From the NCBI RefSeq assembly GCF_009914755.1, contig NC_060932.1: a stretch of DNA of 64,000 nucleotides. One strand, 5' to 3'. The notes below the pieces were generated by a model, which had not been told where the DNA came from, ran no database searches, and was given only the letters and a program-made list of their open reading frames with translations. Shown piece after piece: positions 27,298-42,273 of the stretch; the first letter of the stretch is position 1, and each line of letters starts with the position of its first letter. This stretch comes from the human T2T-CHM13v2.0 reference genome, Homo sapiens. The position numbers and the translations under genes were made by a program.

Positions 27298-30170
27298 TAT
27301 TTTACCAGCTTTATTGAGAGTTAACTGACACAATAAACTCTACATATTTAAAGTGAACAATTTGATTGCTTTTGACAAATTCATATGCCTGTGATATCAT
27401 TGCCACAAACAAAATAATGAACATATCCATCACTGTCGAGTTTCCTCCTGCCTCTTTGCCATCTCTCCCTCTTGCTCCTTTCTCCCTTCTTCTGCTCCCA
27501 AGGCAACGACTGATCTGCTTTCTGTCACTGCAGATTGGTTTAAATTTTCTAGAAGTTTATGTATATGAAGTCATATGTATGTACCTTTTGTGGCTTCTTC
27601 ACTTAGCATAATTATTTTGAGATCCATCCATGTTGTTGCATGTATCTGTCCTTTTTACTGTTGATTAGTATTTCATTGGAGGAATATATCACGATTTATT
27701 TATCCAGTCATCTGGTGATGGACATTTGGGGCAGTAACATTGGGATATTGTTATTTGGCCATTACAAATCAAGCTGCTATGAATATTCATGTGCAAGTCA
27801 TTGTATGTATACATTCTTTAATTTCCTTGTGTAAATACCTAGTAGTAAGTGGTAGGACCATTTGGTAGCCATATTTTTACCTTTAACTCTCTAACTGTTT
27901 TCTAAGGTGGATATACCATTGTATATTACCACCACCGATTTCTAAGAATTTTTGTTGTTACACATGCATGCCAACAGTTGGTATGATGAGTCTTTTTAGT
28001 TTTAGCCATTCTAATAGATGTATGGTCATTTCTCATTGTGGTTTTAACTTTCATTTCCTAACGATTAGTAATGTTGAGAATCTTTTCACATGCGTATTTG
28101 TCAGCATATATTTGATCAAGGGTCTCTTCATGTGTTTTGTCCATTTTCCAAAATTGGTTTGTTGGTTTCCTTATGGGAGACCATATATTCTGCATATAAG
28201 CTCTTTATCATGTAGGTGATTTGCAAATATTTCTTCTAGTCTAGCTTGTCTTTTAGTTTTCTTTTGAAAATGCCTTTTGAAGAGTAGAAATTTTTAATTT
28301 TGATAAATGAAATAACTCTCAAGTGTTTTTTTCTTTTATGGATCATGTTTCTGGTCTCATGGCAAAAAGATCTCTGCCTAATCTAAGATCACAAAGATTT
28401 CTCCTACACTATATGCTAGAAGTTTTATAGTATTAGGTTTTACACCTAGGTTCTATGACATATTTAGAGATAATTTTTTATATGGTGAAAGTATGGATCA
28501 AAGTTTTTTCTTTTTAAGTATGGACATGCAATTGTTCCAAAACCATTTGTGACAATTCTTTTCCCATGGAATTTTCTTTGCACCTTTAACAAAAATCAAT
28601 TGACCAACTATGTGTCTTCCTGTTTCTAAATTCTCTATTCCATTCTCTTAATCTATTTTTCTATCGCATACAATACCACACTGCATTAACTATTATAGCT
28701 TTACAATAAGTTTTACACCAAGTATTATAAGTATTCAAGTTTGTTATTCCTTTTTAAAGTAGTTTTGGATAATCTAGGGCCATTGTAATTCTGCATGAAT
28801 TTAAGAATCAGCTTGTCCATTTCTGTAAAAAAGACTGTTGGGATTTTGATCAATTTATTATTTGGATCAATTGCAGGAAAACTGACATCTTGATAATATT
28901 GAGTCTTCTATTCCATGAGCATAATGTATTTTCTTTTATTTAGTTTTCTAGTTTCTCAGGAGTGTTTCCTGCTTTTTACTGTAAGAATATTGTATATTCT
29001 TTGTCAGAATTATCTCTAGTACTTTATATTTTGAAGACTATTGTAAATGTATTTTTAAAAATTCTATGCAGCCATAAAAAAGGATGAGTTCATGTCCTTT
29101 ATAGGGACATGGATGAAGCTGGAAAACATCATTCTGAGCAAACTATCGCAAGGACAGAAAGCCAAACACCGCATGTTCTCATTCATAGGTGGGAATTGAA
29201 CAATAAGAACACATGGACACAGGAAGGGGAACATCACACACCAGGGCCTGCCAGGGGGTTGGGGGACGGGGGAGGGATAGCATTAGGAGATATACCTAAT
29301 GTAAATGACGAGTTAACGGGTGCAGCACACCAACATGGCACATGTATACATATGTAACAAACCTGCACGTTGTGCACATGTACCTTAGAACTTAAAGTAA
29401 AATTTAAAAAAAAGTTTTCATAAAAAAATTCCTGTAAATGTTTATTCTATTGTGTAGAAATATATTTCATTTTGGAACATTGACTAGTATGCTGCTGACT
29501 TGCAAAGCTAACTAGTTCCAGCAGCTTCAAAGATTCTTAAGATCTACATAGGTGATCATATTGTACGTGAATAGGCAGTTTTATTTATTTTATAACTTAA
29601 AGCTACTGATCGATTGAGTGACTGTTGTTGTTGCTTTACTCCATAGGATACAATCTACATTACAATGTTGAACAACAGCTTTCATAACAAATAATTATCA
29701 GACCCAAAATGTAGATGATGTTGAAGTTGAGAAATCCTGCTGTATTCCTAGTATGCTAAGAATTTCTATCGGAAAATATACGAAAATTTGAAAAATGCTT
29801 TTCTCAATATGATTTTTCTCTTTTAGTCAGCATGAAGCTTTTTTGTCTTTTCTAGTTTATTAATATGTCAAATTTCATTGATTAATTTTTGAATGTTAGA
29901 CAAATGTTGCATTCCTGGGATAAACCATCCATTGTTATACTATCTTTTATATATTATTGAATTTAATTTGCGGATATTAAGGAAAACGATGTTATGTTCA
30001 AAGGGGATAACTGTCTGTTGTTTTATTCTTCTCTTTGTTATTGATTTCTAATTTACTTCCATTATGGTTGGAGAACCTACTATGGATGATTTGAATTATT
30101 TTAAATCTGTTGAGTCTTGCTTTATGGCCAATCATATTGTTATTTTGGTAAATGCACTGGAAAAGAATGA
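27298..30170 (-). mobile_element. Old L1M element, degraded, interrupted by L1PA
   Basis: CAGCTTTATTGAG..ATATTTAAAGTG 3' end, then T-rich antisense L1 motifs (CTCATTGTGGTTTTAAC, GATTTGCAAATATTTC, AGAATCAGCTTGTC, TGCATTCCTGGGATAAACC). Confidence 0.78.
29064..29414 (+). mobile_element. L1PA 3' fragment nested in L1M
   Basis: CTATGCAGCCATAAAAAAGGATGAGTTCATGTCC..GGGATAGCATTAGGAGATATACC..AACTTAAAGT; AAAAATTC on both flanks. Confidence 0.94.
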
Positions 30171-33100
30171 ATATTATATTTTCCTGTAATGTTTTTATAG
30201 ATGAGGTATCTGGTCAAGGTCCAGAGAAATAAAATGTTTTCACCACTATTTTGTCAAATAGGTATGAAACAGCATCTATTATACGTGAACTAGGGGAATT
30301 TCTTTAGAGAATCCTTAGCTTTAATGGATGCTCACTAAGCAAACTTATATTTTCTTGGAATAGAGGTCTCCTTGCTTTTGCCACTTTAAGCATTATCCAG
30401 TTTTAACGCTATAAACCAGTAGGATAATCATTTATATTTTAAAAGTATTAAGTAGTTATTAGCCACATTTATGACAAGTGAATTCAGCCAATTTTTAAGT
30501 GTAAACATGTTGGTTTACACATGGGCATCCAAAAAAATCATTATTGTTAGATAAATAATGATTTATTTTCTCCTCTGTGGAAGTGACATCTTAACCATAA
30601 GAATCAAGGAATACAATGATAACTGAAAAAGCATAAACAATGCTTTATCAAACTCTTAAAAAGTTCAGTGTTCTCAGTATTTCACTGAACATATTCACAT
30701 TTCTACAATATTACTTCTACACCCTGGTCTTAATTATCATCTTGGATAAAACAATACACCAACAGTGTTTTCTTTCATGAATTTCAATGACCAGTTTTTC
30801 ATTTAGTATAAAAATGAAAATTTAAAAAACTTAAAAATTTAACATTTTGTAAATTTACATATCTGATTGTAAGTTGAAGAAAAATATGTTGGGCAGCAAG
30901 TAGCAAAAACGTTGCCAAAATTCAAATGTTAGAAAAATTGTTTGAAAGAGTTTGTAAAACATGTGTTATAAAAGATTTCTTTTATCCTTATGCTGGAAGG
31001 TTGAATTTCACTACCAAAATAATCCTATTGCGGAATAAAATATAACAGAATTTCCTCTACTTATATTAGTTTTTTGTGGGCCAAAGTAGAGTGTGGATTA
31101 TATTTGCCAAGTTCTTATGTAGACAAATGAATCACAGAAACACAGTAGCTATTTTATTTGGGGCCTTGCTGAGCTGCAAGTTTTTTAATGAGTTAAAATA
31201 ATATTTTGGGTCTTGAGTAGAAGGTGTGAACTATCAAAAACACCACATTTGACTTTAAAGTTTAGGACAAAAACAACTCCACATGCAAAGTCAGTTTGAG
31301 CAACAGACCCACTGAACTTGGAGATAGAATCCCCTGGGTGATGGTCTCCATAACTGTTTTCTCTGGGTTGTACAACAGTGAAGCCAATCTGATGAGGCTG
31401 AAGTTCTTAAGAGAAGACTGTTCTATCACCACCATGCATGCTTGAACACTGTCCTTAGCTTATGTCTGAATAGCTATGCCAAGACGATTATTTCCTTCTC
31501 TTCTAGACGAGGGAAGTAACAACAGTGACATTTATTACTCAACGAGAAGAAGATAGAAACCAAAGAACATACGATGTATAAGCGAACAGAATAAGTGAAT
31601 TAGAGGAAATGTTTTTCTTAAAATAAAATGGGCCAAATAGTTTTATTACCATTAAGCTACTTGCTGTTCAAATGCTGATTAGAAAAGAAAAAAAACAGAA
31701 CAATTAAATACAGCAGATGTTTTTGAGCACCTACTATGTGTAAGACAGTGTAATTAGGGAGTTTAAAGATAATTATAACAATTAACTTGTCACCTGATAA
31801 TTTCTATAATTAGACATGCATTATACCCTACAATAATTTGAGATTGTTTTATTTTCCATTTTAAGTACAAGTCATTTCAACATTTTCCCCCAAACCTTCC
31901 TATCCTAAGGTCTAACTCTAATGTCTGCTTTTCTGTAAATTCCTTCCCAGTTGATCCAAAAATTATACTTAATTACTCTCTTTTGTATATCCTCTTAACA
32001 CTTAATTCGTACCTCTATTCAACATGACTCATATTTAGGAAATATTGTAAAGGAGAATACTTAGAAAATATTGTAGGAGAGAATTTCAACAGTTGTATCT
32101 AAAGACTGATCTCTTATATTTAAGAAAGTCATTCCTTGCAACTGAGAGAGAGCCTCCGAATGGAAGAAAGCAAATAGATAAGAAAAAAGGGAGCACCTAT
32201 CCTTCCAGAAAGATGAGACTACTATGTTCTAGAAATCAATGGGGAAGTCACAGTCAAAATCTTAGTTTTTCCTGTAATACAAATATTTGTTACTCTCCTG
32301 CATACTAAGTTGAATAACAATATATTTTTTTTCTATTGTGAGCTCAAGGCCATGTTTATTTCTATTCCTAACACTATACTGTGAAGAGCTAGGGAAAGAA
32401 GGGACGAAAGGCTACTAGGAAATTACATGTAAGCATTAGTTTAATTAGATTCTATCCCTATCCTGGAAGGAACCAGAATTTTGAGTAGTGGAGGATGCGA
32501 AGAGGGTTGGAGGAAAAACAGAGTCTAATTTAGAGCAAGGGGCACATCTGTGCAAGAGGGTCTGTAATGACTTTTGGGAGTTATGGGAAACTGGAGTGAA
32601 ACATGATGTCACCTGAGGAATGGAAGGCAAAAGTCAAAAATGAGGGATGCTTTGCAACCTTCTCTGTAGTTGACCAGTGTATTACTTTTCTCTTCCCATA
32701 TCTATTTAGATGCTTTTTCTCTAAGTCCTCTATGCTTGCCTACCAAATTTCTGGTCTTGCGAATATGTCCATTAGTACAGCCATTTCTTAAGGTAAATAG
32801 AATAATGAGATTCAGAAATAAATTTACTGCTGAGTTTTTAAAAATTCCTTGAAATGCAAACCACAAAGGAAATGCCGAGTTGCTTCTCTAAGAGGTGGGG
32901 GAAATTTTTAGGAGAAGATACTCAGTTTCTGGTTTTTGCTTTCATTCTCTGAAGACATCTCTGTGTTTCTTGGCTTTGCTGTGTGTGTGCATCTGTATGT
33001 GTGTTTCCAGATACATGTGTAGTATATCCTTGAGCCAGACCACATGCCTGCGAGTCAAAACTTCAGCCTGCATTTGTCTTAAACCATGAAACTCTGGGTG

Positions 33101-33372
33101 TAACCTAACAGAACCTGGCAGGTTGTCTGAATAGTTGTTTCACCACTTGACCTAGAGTATAGTAAATCAGATGACATATTGTTCCAATTTTACATTAGTA
33201 CTCATATTTTAATAAGCAAAGGAAGAGTGTGTTCTGTCAAGATTTTTTTGAATACAAACAAAATCTAGCTACAAATCCAAACTATTACAGCATTTCATTT
33301 CGGAGTCATGAAATACAGCTTACGTGGTTAAAAACAAATGAAAAACTCTTTATATACAAATATTTTACCATT

Positions 33373-33741
33373 TGCTATGAGCTAAATTGTGTTCCCTGCA
33401 AACTTCACATGCTGAAGCTTTAATCCCCAATGTGATGGTATTTGGAGATGATGCATTTGGGAGACAATTAGATTGAAATGAGTTAGGAAAGAGTGACTCT
33501 CATGATAGGCTTAGTGGCTTCATATGAAGAGGAGGAGATCCCAGAGTTCTCCCTCTGCCAGGTGAAGACATGGGAAGAAGGTGGCAGCCTAGAACTCAGG
33601 AAGAGGGTTGTTTCCTGGAACTGAATTGCTCACCATCTTCATCTTGAATTTTCTAGTCTCAGAACTGTGAGAAATAAATGTCTGCCCTGGAAACCACCCA
33701 GTCTATAATAATTTGCTATAGCAGCCTGAACAGGCTACTAC
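33373..33741 (+). mobile_element. MaLR solo LTR (MLT1A-like)
   Basis: TGCTATGAGCTAAATTGTGTTCCC..CCCCAATGTGATGGTATTTGGAG..AGAACTGTGAGAAATAAATG..TATAGCAGCCTGAAC..ACA. Confidence 0.8.
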
Positions 33742-33785
33742 AGCATTTTACATTGAGTTACATTTACAGCAAAACTTAATGCTAG

Positions 33786-34102
<317 letters not shown>

Positions 34103-34592
34103 TCAATGTTTATGAATAATAGTAATAACATTAATAATAGGTGGAATTTGAGGAATTATTTCTTCTCTCTTGCTAATAAATTTCCTGGGGGAAAGTCAAT
34201 TAAGATGGGTGCTGAAATCTTATCCTTCCAAATAAATATCAGTGCTATGTTTGATGAAAACACGAGCCATCCTCACCTCAGCTATCTCTAAGCAAGATGA
34301 ATCAAAACATTTTGCATACTTATTTTTGGAAAGGCTTACCATATATTACAAAAGGAAAAAATAAACCCCCTACTTATTTCTCCCACTTTAAAAATGCATC
34401 CACTTACAGAACTTTAACTTGCTTATGTCACTCAGCTAGTTAGGGGCAAGACTCTCCGCTCCCGGCACAAGGAAAGATTTTCTAGTCTCCAGGCAGAAGC
34501 CTAAGTCTAGCTTATGATATTTTTCTCCAAAATCTTTTGTGTATACTTTGAATTTATTAAGGCTAGATTAGAGCCAAAAGAGGTTTATTTCA

Positions 34593-34772
<180 letters not shown>

Positions 34773-35049
34773 CCCCACAAATGCTAGAAGAGGCTTGCTT
34801 TCCCTGATTTCTTTTACCTGTCTCTTCCTAGGAGAAATTAGGCCCTGAATTACATAGCTTCATAAGGTGGGATAAGAATAAGAACATGAATGGCAAAACA
34901 CAGCAAATGTTGTTGTAAGCCTGGTAAGAATTCTGAGAGGAAAGATCTATTAACATATTCCATGTACAGATAAAGTAACTGAGGCTGAATGCTTAACTCA
35001 CTTGTCAGAGTCCCCACATGGGAAAGTGTGTCAGACTTCAAAGCACAGG

Positions 35050-35081
<32 letters not shown>

Positions 35082-35231
35082 GATATGTGAGTGGATTCTC
35101 ACTCTACCATAAGGCTGGTGTGCAGTGGTGCAATCATTCATTGCTCACTGTGATCTTGAACTCTTGGGCTCAAGTAACCTCCCACTTCGGCCTCCCATAG
35201 TGCTGGGACTACAGGTGTGAGCCACCAGGCT
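35050..35231 (-). mobile_element. Degenerate Alu monomer with (CT)n tail
   Basis: GGCTGGTGTGCAGTGGTGCAATC..GAACTCTTGGGCTCAAG..GTGTGAGCCACC; AAAGCACA flanks. Confidence 0.8.
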
Positions 35232-36172
35232 AAAGCACAAAGCTCTTAACCACTGCCTTTTGGTATGTTTGTGTAATACTTCTTATTATAATTTCTCACC
35301 CTGTAGACCCTCATCCCCCCATCTCTAACCTACTGTACTTGGCCATTTGCAAAATTCTTCATGTTAACCCCAAGTATTCCAATGATATAAGTTAAAAGGC
35401 AAAAAAGTGAATAAAAGGAATACGTAGTTTAAATTTTAATTATTTTTTAGTTATATTCAAGTTGTTTTTGATAGCATAACCCAATTAAAAAATTTGGAAC
35501 TAGCCTGTGGAATAATTGTTAGATAAAATGGGAGTATTATTAGTTGAAACGCTATGTGTCATTAGTAATGCTTACATTAAAATACTAATTAACATATGCT
35601 GGAGGCCATAAAACCACCATGAAGTAAAACAAACAGTCAAAAAAATTAATCCATAAAGAGAAACACTGGGTAAATATATCAAAATATAACCACGAACAAT
35701 GTTATATATTGAGTAGAATAATCGTTGTTTTTTTTGTGTTTTCTAATTTTGAGTATTTCCTGAATTTTTCATTGTGAGAAGACAATACTCCAAAAATGGA
35801 AAGACAAAATATATTTGACATGTAGTATATTCTAAAGTAATTAAGATATTTTGAAGCCCCAGTCAACAACTATATCTGTGGTTTCAGGCAAAATATCTTA
35901 TTTGGACCCTAGTTTTCTCATCTTAAAATGAGTGGGAGGGACTCAATATGAACTACAACTCATATGTAGCATGTTGTAATTTTCATTTACATTAACTTTT
36001 GAAATCTCCATAATCATGAAAAGTAGACAATGTTAGCTCAATTTTTCTGGACGAGGAAGTTGAGTTTCTGAGTCCTTGGGAAACTGACAGGTGCTGAGGA
36101 CCAAGAATCAAAGTCATTTATTTCCAAACAAGATGCTTAAAACCCGCTCCATCATAATTACTTTATATGCTA

Positions 36173-36518
36173 TGATATGGTTTGACTCTGTGTCCCCACC
36201 CAAATCTCATCTTGAATGGTAATCCCCATGTGTGGAGGGAGGGACTTGGTTGGAGGTGATTGGATAGTGGGGTTCTCACTGTAGTGAGCAAGTTCTCACA
36301 AGATCTGATAGTTCTATAAGTGGCAGTTTTTCTTGCTCTCTCTCTTTCCCACTGCCTTGTGAGGAAGGTACTTGCATCTCCTTCTCATTCCACCGTGACT
36401 GTAAGTTTCCTGAGGCCTCCCCAGCCATGTGGAACTGGCAATCAATCAAACCTCTTTTGTTTATAAATTACCCAGTCTTGGTTATTTCTTTATAGCAGTG
36501 TGAAAATGGACTAATACA
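36173..36518 (+). mobile_element. THE1/MST-type MaLR solo LTR
   Basis: TGATATGGTTTG..CCCACCCAAATCTCATCTTGAA to GGACTAATACA; perfect 5-bp TSD TGCTA (36168-36172 / 36519-36523). Confidence 0.93.
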
Positions 36519-38511
36519 TGCTATGTCCAAATAATTCTGATGATCTAAGTCCCCCTTTCTTTATGTCATATTCTTGAATATTATCTCTAATTTCCCTCCA
36601 ATCTGTTTAGGTATCACTCATTTGACAGTTATAAAGTGTCAAATTTATGCCAGCAATTTCCAGACTATTTTACTTATTCCTCCAAAGACTTTTTCTTGAA
36701 CAACCCAGTTGACTGTACCTCCTCCCCATTTTTGATACCCATGCAGTAGGAATGTTAAAGCTTCACATGTTTGCACTACCTTTTACTTCATTAATAATAA
36801 GAACTGTATTTTCTGTTAATATTGTATTTTTCTTTTTTCCACTTAAGTACACACACACCCCTCGCTAACTGTAATTCAATAGAAGGCTCAGAACATTGTA
36901 ATTTGGGTTTTTCAAGTTATATCAATTTGAGGGATAAAAACTGGAACATACTGTTCTGGAAGTCCCACAGCGTGGTGTGTGTGTCCTGCAGACTCTCAGC
37001 TCCCATATGGCAGGGACAATTTTCCTTCTTCTCTGCTTCATAAGAAGCAGAGATATCTCTTTGCTCTGCAGACCCTAAGTGGAAGTTAAGGTACTGATCT
37101 CTAGGAAAAGCGCCACTGCTCCTGCTGACCAGGCACTGAAAATTCACCGGGTGCTGTTTGCCTGTCATTCGCGTGGCCAGAGCCAGCTGCTGTCAATTCT
37201 GAAGCCACTACCTTCTGAGTAGCTGAATCCACAGGACTGACACCAGCAATATTTTGTTGTTAGGCTTCTATAAAGAGCTTGCTTTACATTTTTTAAAAGT
37301 TTTACTCTTGCACCACTTCATGAGTCTTTGAGGAATGGAATGGAAAAAAATCTGAGAGATGTTTTGCTGACCATCACATCTGCCCTTTGCAACACTGGCC
37401 CACACTCCTCTAACTGATCTAGTACAGCTGACTCTCACTCACCTTTCTGCTGAGGTATAGGAGAATCCTTATCTCTCGCTAATCACTAATTCAATTTTTC
37501 AGCACATATTTGTTGAGAGTTCTTTATACACCAGACACTGACCAACGTTTTGATCACAGATCAAAAATGAGGCAAAGTTCCTTCCCCTTTGCAGTTGATA
37601 TCTTTATTGTATTAAATTAACAGAAGACATTAAGAAAAAACATATATACTAATTAAGATGATAGTTGCTATAAAGAAAAATAAGTCGGGACAAGGGTCTA
37701 AATAGTCATGTGTACATCTCTGTGGGTGCGAGTGTGTGTGCTATTTTTCATAGGTTGTCAGGAAGGAAGGCCTCTATGAGAAAGCAACATTTGAATGTAA
37801 GTGTGGGGACAGGAGTGTTACAACCAGAAAGAAGCAATTATAGATCTTGTGAGACAAGCTTATCTAGATCTTCCTGCAACTTACGATTAACACACGTTAG
37901 GTACAAATGGAATCTCCTGCTCTACCTTGTTTACTGTAATAGTGTACAAAGAAATTGAATAGATATCTCCAGAAAATGTTGACAAGGGCAAATTTTAACA
38001 CTTAAAAATTAAACTACATTTCTAAACAATTATTCTCTTCATAAAGTGAGCCTCAGGGACATAACTGTTGGAAAGACCCATCTGTCTTCTGAAACTGCCA
38101 AAGTGGATGGTAGCAAGATTTAAGTGAGGGCGTGGGGATCATTGCTCATTAAAAAAAAAAAAAAAAAAAAAAGAAAACAACAACCCTCCTCCAAATTTTA
38201 TTCACAGTGATTCAAAAATCAGAGATTATCATCTAAGTCATTATGCTGTATTTTGAAGTATATTAATATTTATAAAATGTCTATTGATATTTATAACTCT
38301 GATTATCTACTTAATAGATTTTGACCAATCAGTATCCTATATAGTTCCTTTTCAGTCTGATGGAACCAGCCATGCATTTATTTGTGGGTGGAGGTACAGA
38401 ATTATGTAAGTGTTAGCAAGAATTTTTTAAGCTCTTAACACATTCAGGATGCTATGTCTGTATTGGATGTTGTACAGAGGTTCATCTTAACACCAAGGAG
38501 AACAACAAAGA

Positions 38512-38591
38512 GTCTACGGCCATACCACCCTGAACGTGCCAGATCTTGGAAGCTAAGCAGGATTGAGCCTGGTTAGTATTTGGATGGGAGA
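38512..38591 (+). pseudogene. 5S rRNA retropseudogene, 3'-truncated, with 10-nt internal deletion
   Basis: GTCTACGGCCATACCACCCTGAACG...GGAAGCTAAGCAGG...CCTGGTTAGTATTTGGATGGGAGA matches human 5S rRNA from nt 1 to about nt 90; flanked by a 15-nt TSD. Confidence 0.95.
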
Positions 38592-40127
38592 ACAGCAAAG
38601 AATGGTGAACAGCAGCTCCCCCTTGTATACTGATGACAACAAGCTAAGGATAAGCTGTAGATCATAATGAATGAAGAGTGAGAGGCAAACTTCATATACA
38701 ACACAAAGTGAAGGAAGGTCTGATCCGATTCCACGGAGAGACAAATAACAGTAGGAGATTACACTATGAAAGGTGACAAGGTAAAGTTGGAGAAAGGGAG
38801 TGGGGAAATCTAAGGTTAGATAATCACAAGGTTATAATCATGGAGCTGAATTACAGAGTTCAAAGCATTGGTTTAATGCAGCTCAGAGTGGTAGGTGAAA
38901 GATGTGTATATTTTTAGAAGTGGTTACTATGCAGGAGGAATGAAAGTCATAAGAAACAAGCTTCTTCATATTCAGTATTTAATTGGAACCTCTCATTATG
39001 CCATTAAGAAGGCAATTGCTCTCATCTCCTATTTTAGAAATGATTAGACTGAGGCTCTGAGAGGTTAAATAATCTTTACCCTGGCAGGGTGTTCATGAGT
39101 TACAGGGCAATATTTGAACTGAGTTACTTTCCCCCTGGTCAAAGGCTGCTTCCTGCCCCAAGCAGTCTCCTGATTTCAAAGTAATAGGCCAGCCTTGTAC
39201 AGGGATCTAGAACCATTAGCCAATGGTGTTTTTTTGAAGAGATATTGCGTATCCACATGACATGTTGAAATAACACATGTATTTAGAGAATCTTCAATCT
39301 CCTTCCTTTTAATCCTTTGTAACTATGAAGTACCAGGCCATCTGCACTTTAAAATTTGTCTCAGAGCATCCAGTAATCTGTTCCAAAATTACTATATTTT
39401 TGGAAAACATATCACCATTGCATATTGTTAGAGACCAGGGAATTTTATGTTAAAATCTGCAAATCATTAACATATTTCTTGTTAAGTAGCCAATATACTG
39501 TTTAGGATCTATAAAAACTGGGATTGATGAAATTAATAAGGTTGTATATTTCTGAATCTTTGTCTTTAAGCACATTAAATATGTAGCAAAAAACCATAAC
39601 AGTACATTAAAAAAAACCACTAGTCTGCTATTATATTAGCAGAAATTCATGCTAGAAAAGGTTTTACTTGTTTTCAGATCAAGAAAATAAAATCAAAGAA
39701 GATAAAATCTCTGTGTGTCTATTAACAGATCAAGAATCACGTTTTGTAGTTGTGTTCAGGTTCTGCCATTCAGGCCCTCCACAATAAACTGTGATCACGT
39801 GGGACATTGCATGTTTGCTAGACTTAATCATTCTAACACATAGCGTATGACTCTCACTGAGTGTTCTTTCATGATTTCTGTAGCATGGTGAAACACTGAA
39901 AATGTCTGAAATGCAGCTGAGAATCCCACATAATATATCCAAAAAAGTACAAGTTGTTTTATGCTATGAATCAATCTCAAGTCTTAAGGTTTCAGTGTAA
40001 AAGCTGACATGGGCTACGAGACAGACACAGTTAGGTAAAGGATCAGTGCAGAGTGACGGTAACTGTTGATGACAGTGATAATAACTAGGATGATAAGAAT
40101 ACTAATGGTAATAGTAACAACAGCTAA

Positions 40128-40435
<308 letters not shown>

Positions 40436-41656
40436 AGCAACAGCTAACTCTTGAGAGGTTAATACGTTCCACGCTTTGGGCTAAGCAAATTACATCCATT
40501 ACTTTATGTAAACCTCACAAAGTCTCACTGAAGTAATAATAAAAATAATTACTAATGCATATTTACTTTGTGTTGAAACTTCACAGCATTATCTCATTTA
40601 ATTCTTACAAACTATCTGAGGTTCTGTGGAGAAATAGGCCTTCTTAAATACTGGAAAGTGGGAGCAGAGATAATATGACGACCACCTGAGCTTTCATGCT
40701 GTTTTTCTCCTCTAGGTGAGCAAGGGGACCCTCTGATATTGAGTGTGGCTCAAGCACTTGGAGAATCCAATGTTTATAAACTTTCGTGTAAATGGGAAAA
40801 CATTTATTTTGGTTAGTCACTCCCAAAATAGTGGTGCCAGCACTGAGTATAAAAAAAAAAAACAGCATCTCGAATATTTCAGATCTGGTGAGACTGTATT
40901 CTTTACAGATGGTGTCAACAACAGCTGTGCGCTCCTCCTAGGGACTTCGAAGACAAGCAGATATGATGCCGAGATAAGCTGTGTCTCCTCTTGTTCTGTG
41001 TGGCTCGGTTCTTTGGCTTCAGAATTTTTGTTGTGAGTCTTTACCCAGTTAAGTGAGGAGTTTACTCTATCTGGGTATGTGTGGTGTATCAGTGGGTGTG
41101 GCTTCATTTCAGCCAGTAATCCTCCTGAAACACTATAGTAGGGTGGGATGAATATTCCGGTTTTACAGATGGAGAAACAGATGGACTTAATGTCGTTATG
41201 TATCTTGCCCAAAGTCACTCAGGTAATAAGTGGTAGAAGCAGATTTCAAGCTCAGACTGCTGACTCCAACTCTTCACTTACAATAACCTCACTGTATGTG
41301 AGCAAAATATTGCTTGAAGAAATAGTCCTCTCTACTATCCCACAGTTCGGCAGATAGTAATGTCGTAAATATCTTTTTCCTTTTCCCTATAAAAGTTCAT
41401 CTAATACAATTTTTTCTATCTTTGCATTTTTCTCTCACTCTTAAAATATGTGGCAGATTAAAAACCTGTCATCATTTTTCTATTTAGTCACTTAAATTAT
41501 TTTGATCTTCATAGATAAGACTGAATCCTTAAATCTTTGTAAAATATTATTATTTTGAATAATTTCACATTCTCCTATCACATTTGGTCATAATCCCTTT
41601 TTATCTTGATTATTGGCAATATTTAATTCTGCTTTTTTTCAGTAGATCTGCAAATT

Positions 41657-42007
<351 letters not shown>

Positions 42008-42226
42008 TTAGAGCAAACCAGCAAGCTGAGAGCTCCTTTAAGAACAGGAGGCGCAGTGCCCTTTTTCCAATCTATCCCTTGAGGCCAGGAGCTTCTGTCC
42101 CTCACCAGCAACTGATGTCAGGAGTTGCCCAGGGAAAGTGTTTCTGGTTAAGATTATAACCTGTGCAGGTGGGCATGTTTGTAGCTTTCATTCTGTTTTT
42201 GTTCCTGAAGATGAGGCATTAAGAAA

Positions 42227-42231
42227 TGTGT

Positions 42232-42271
<40 letters not shown>
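42227..42271. repeat. (TG)n microsatellite
   Basis: Directly visible run with one interruption. Confidence 0.95.

Positions 42272-42273
<2 letters not shown>

Noticed and set aside
38512-38591. Functional 5S rRNA gene
   Set aside because: Missing the 3' ~30 nt and terminator, has a 10-nt internal deletion and CpG decay, and is a solitary copy with a TSD.
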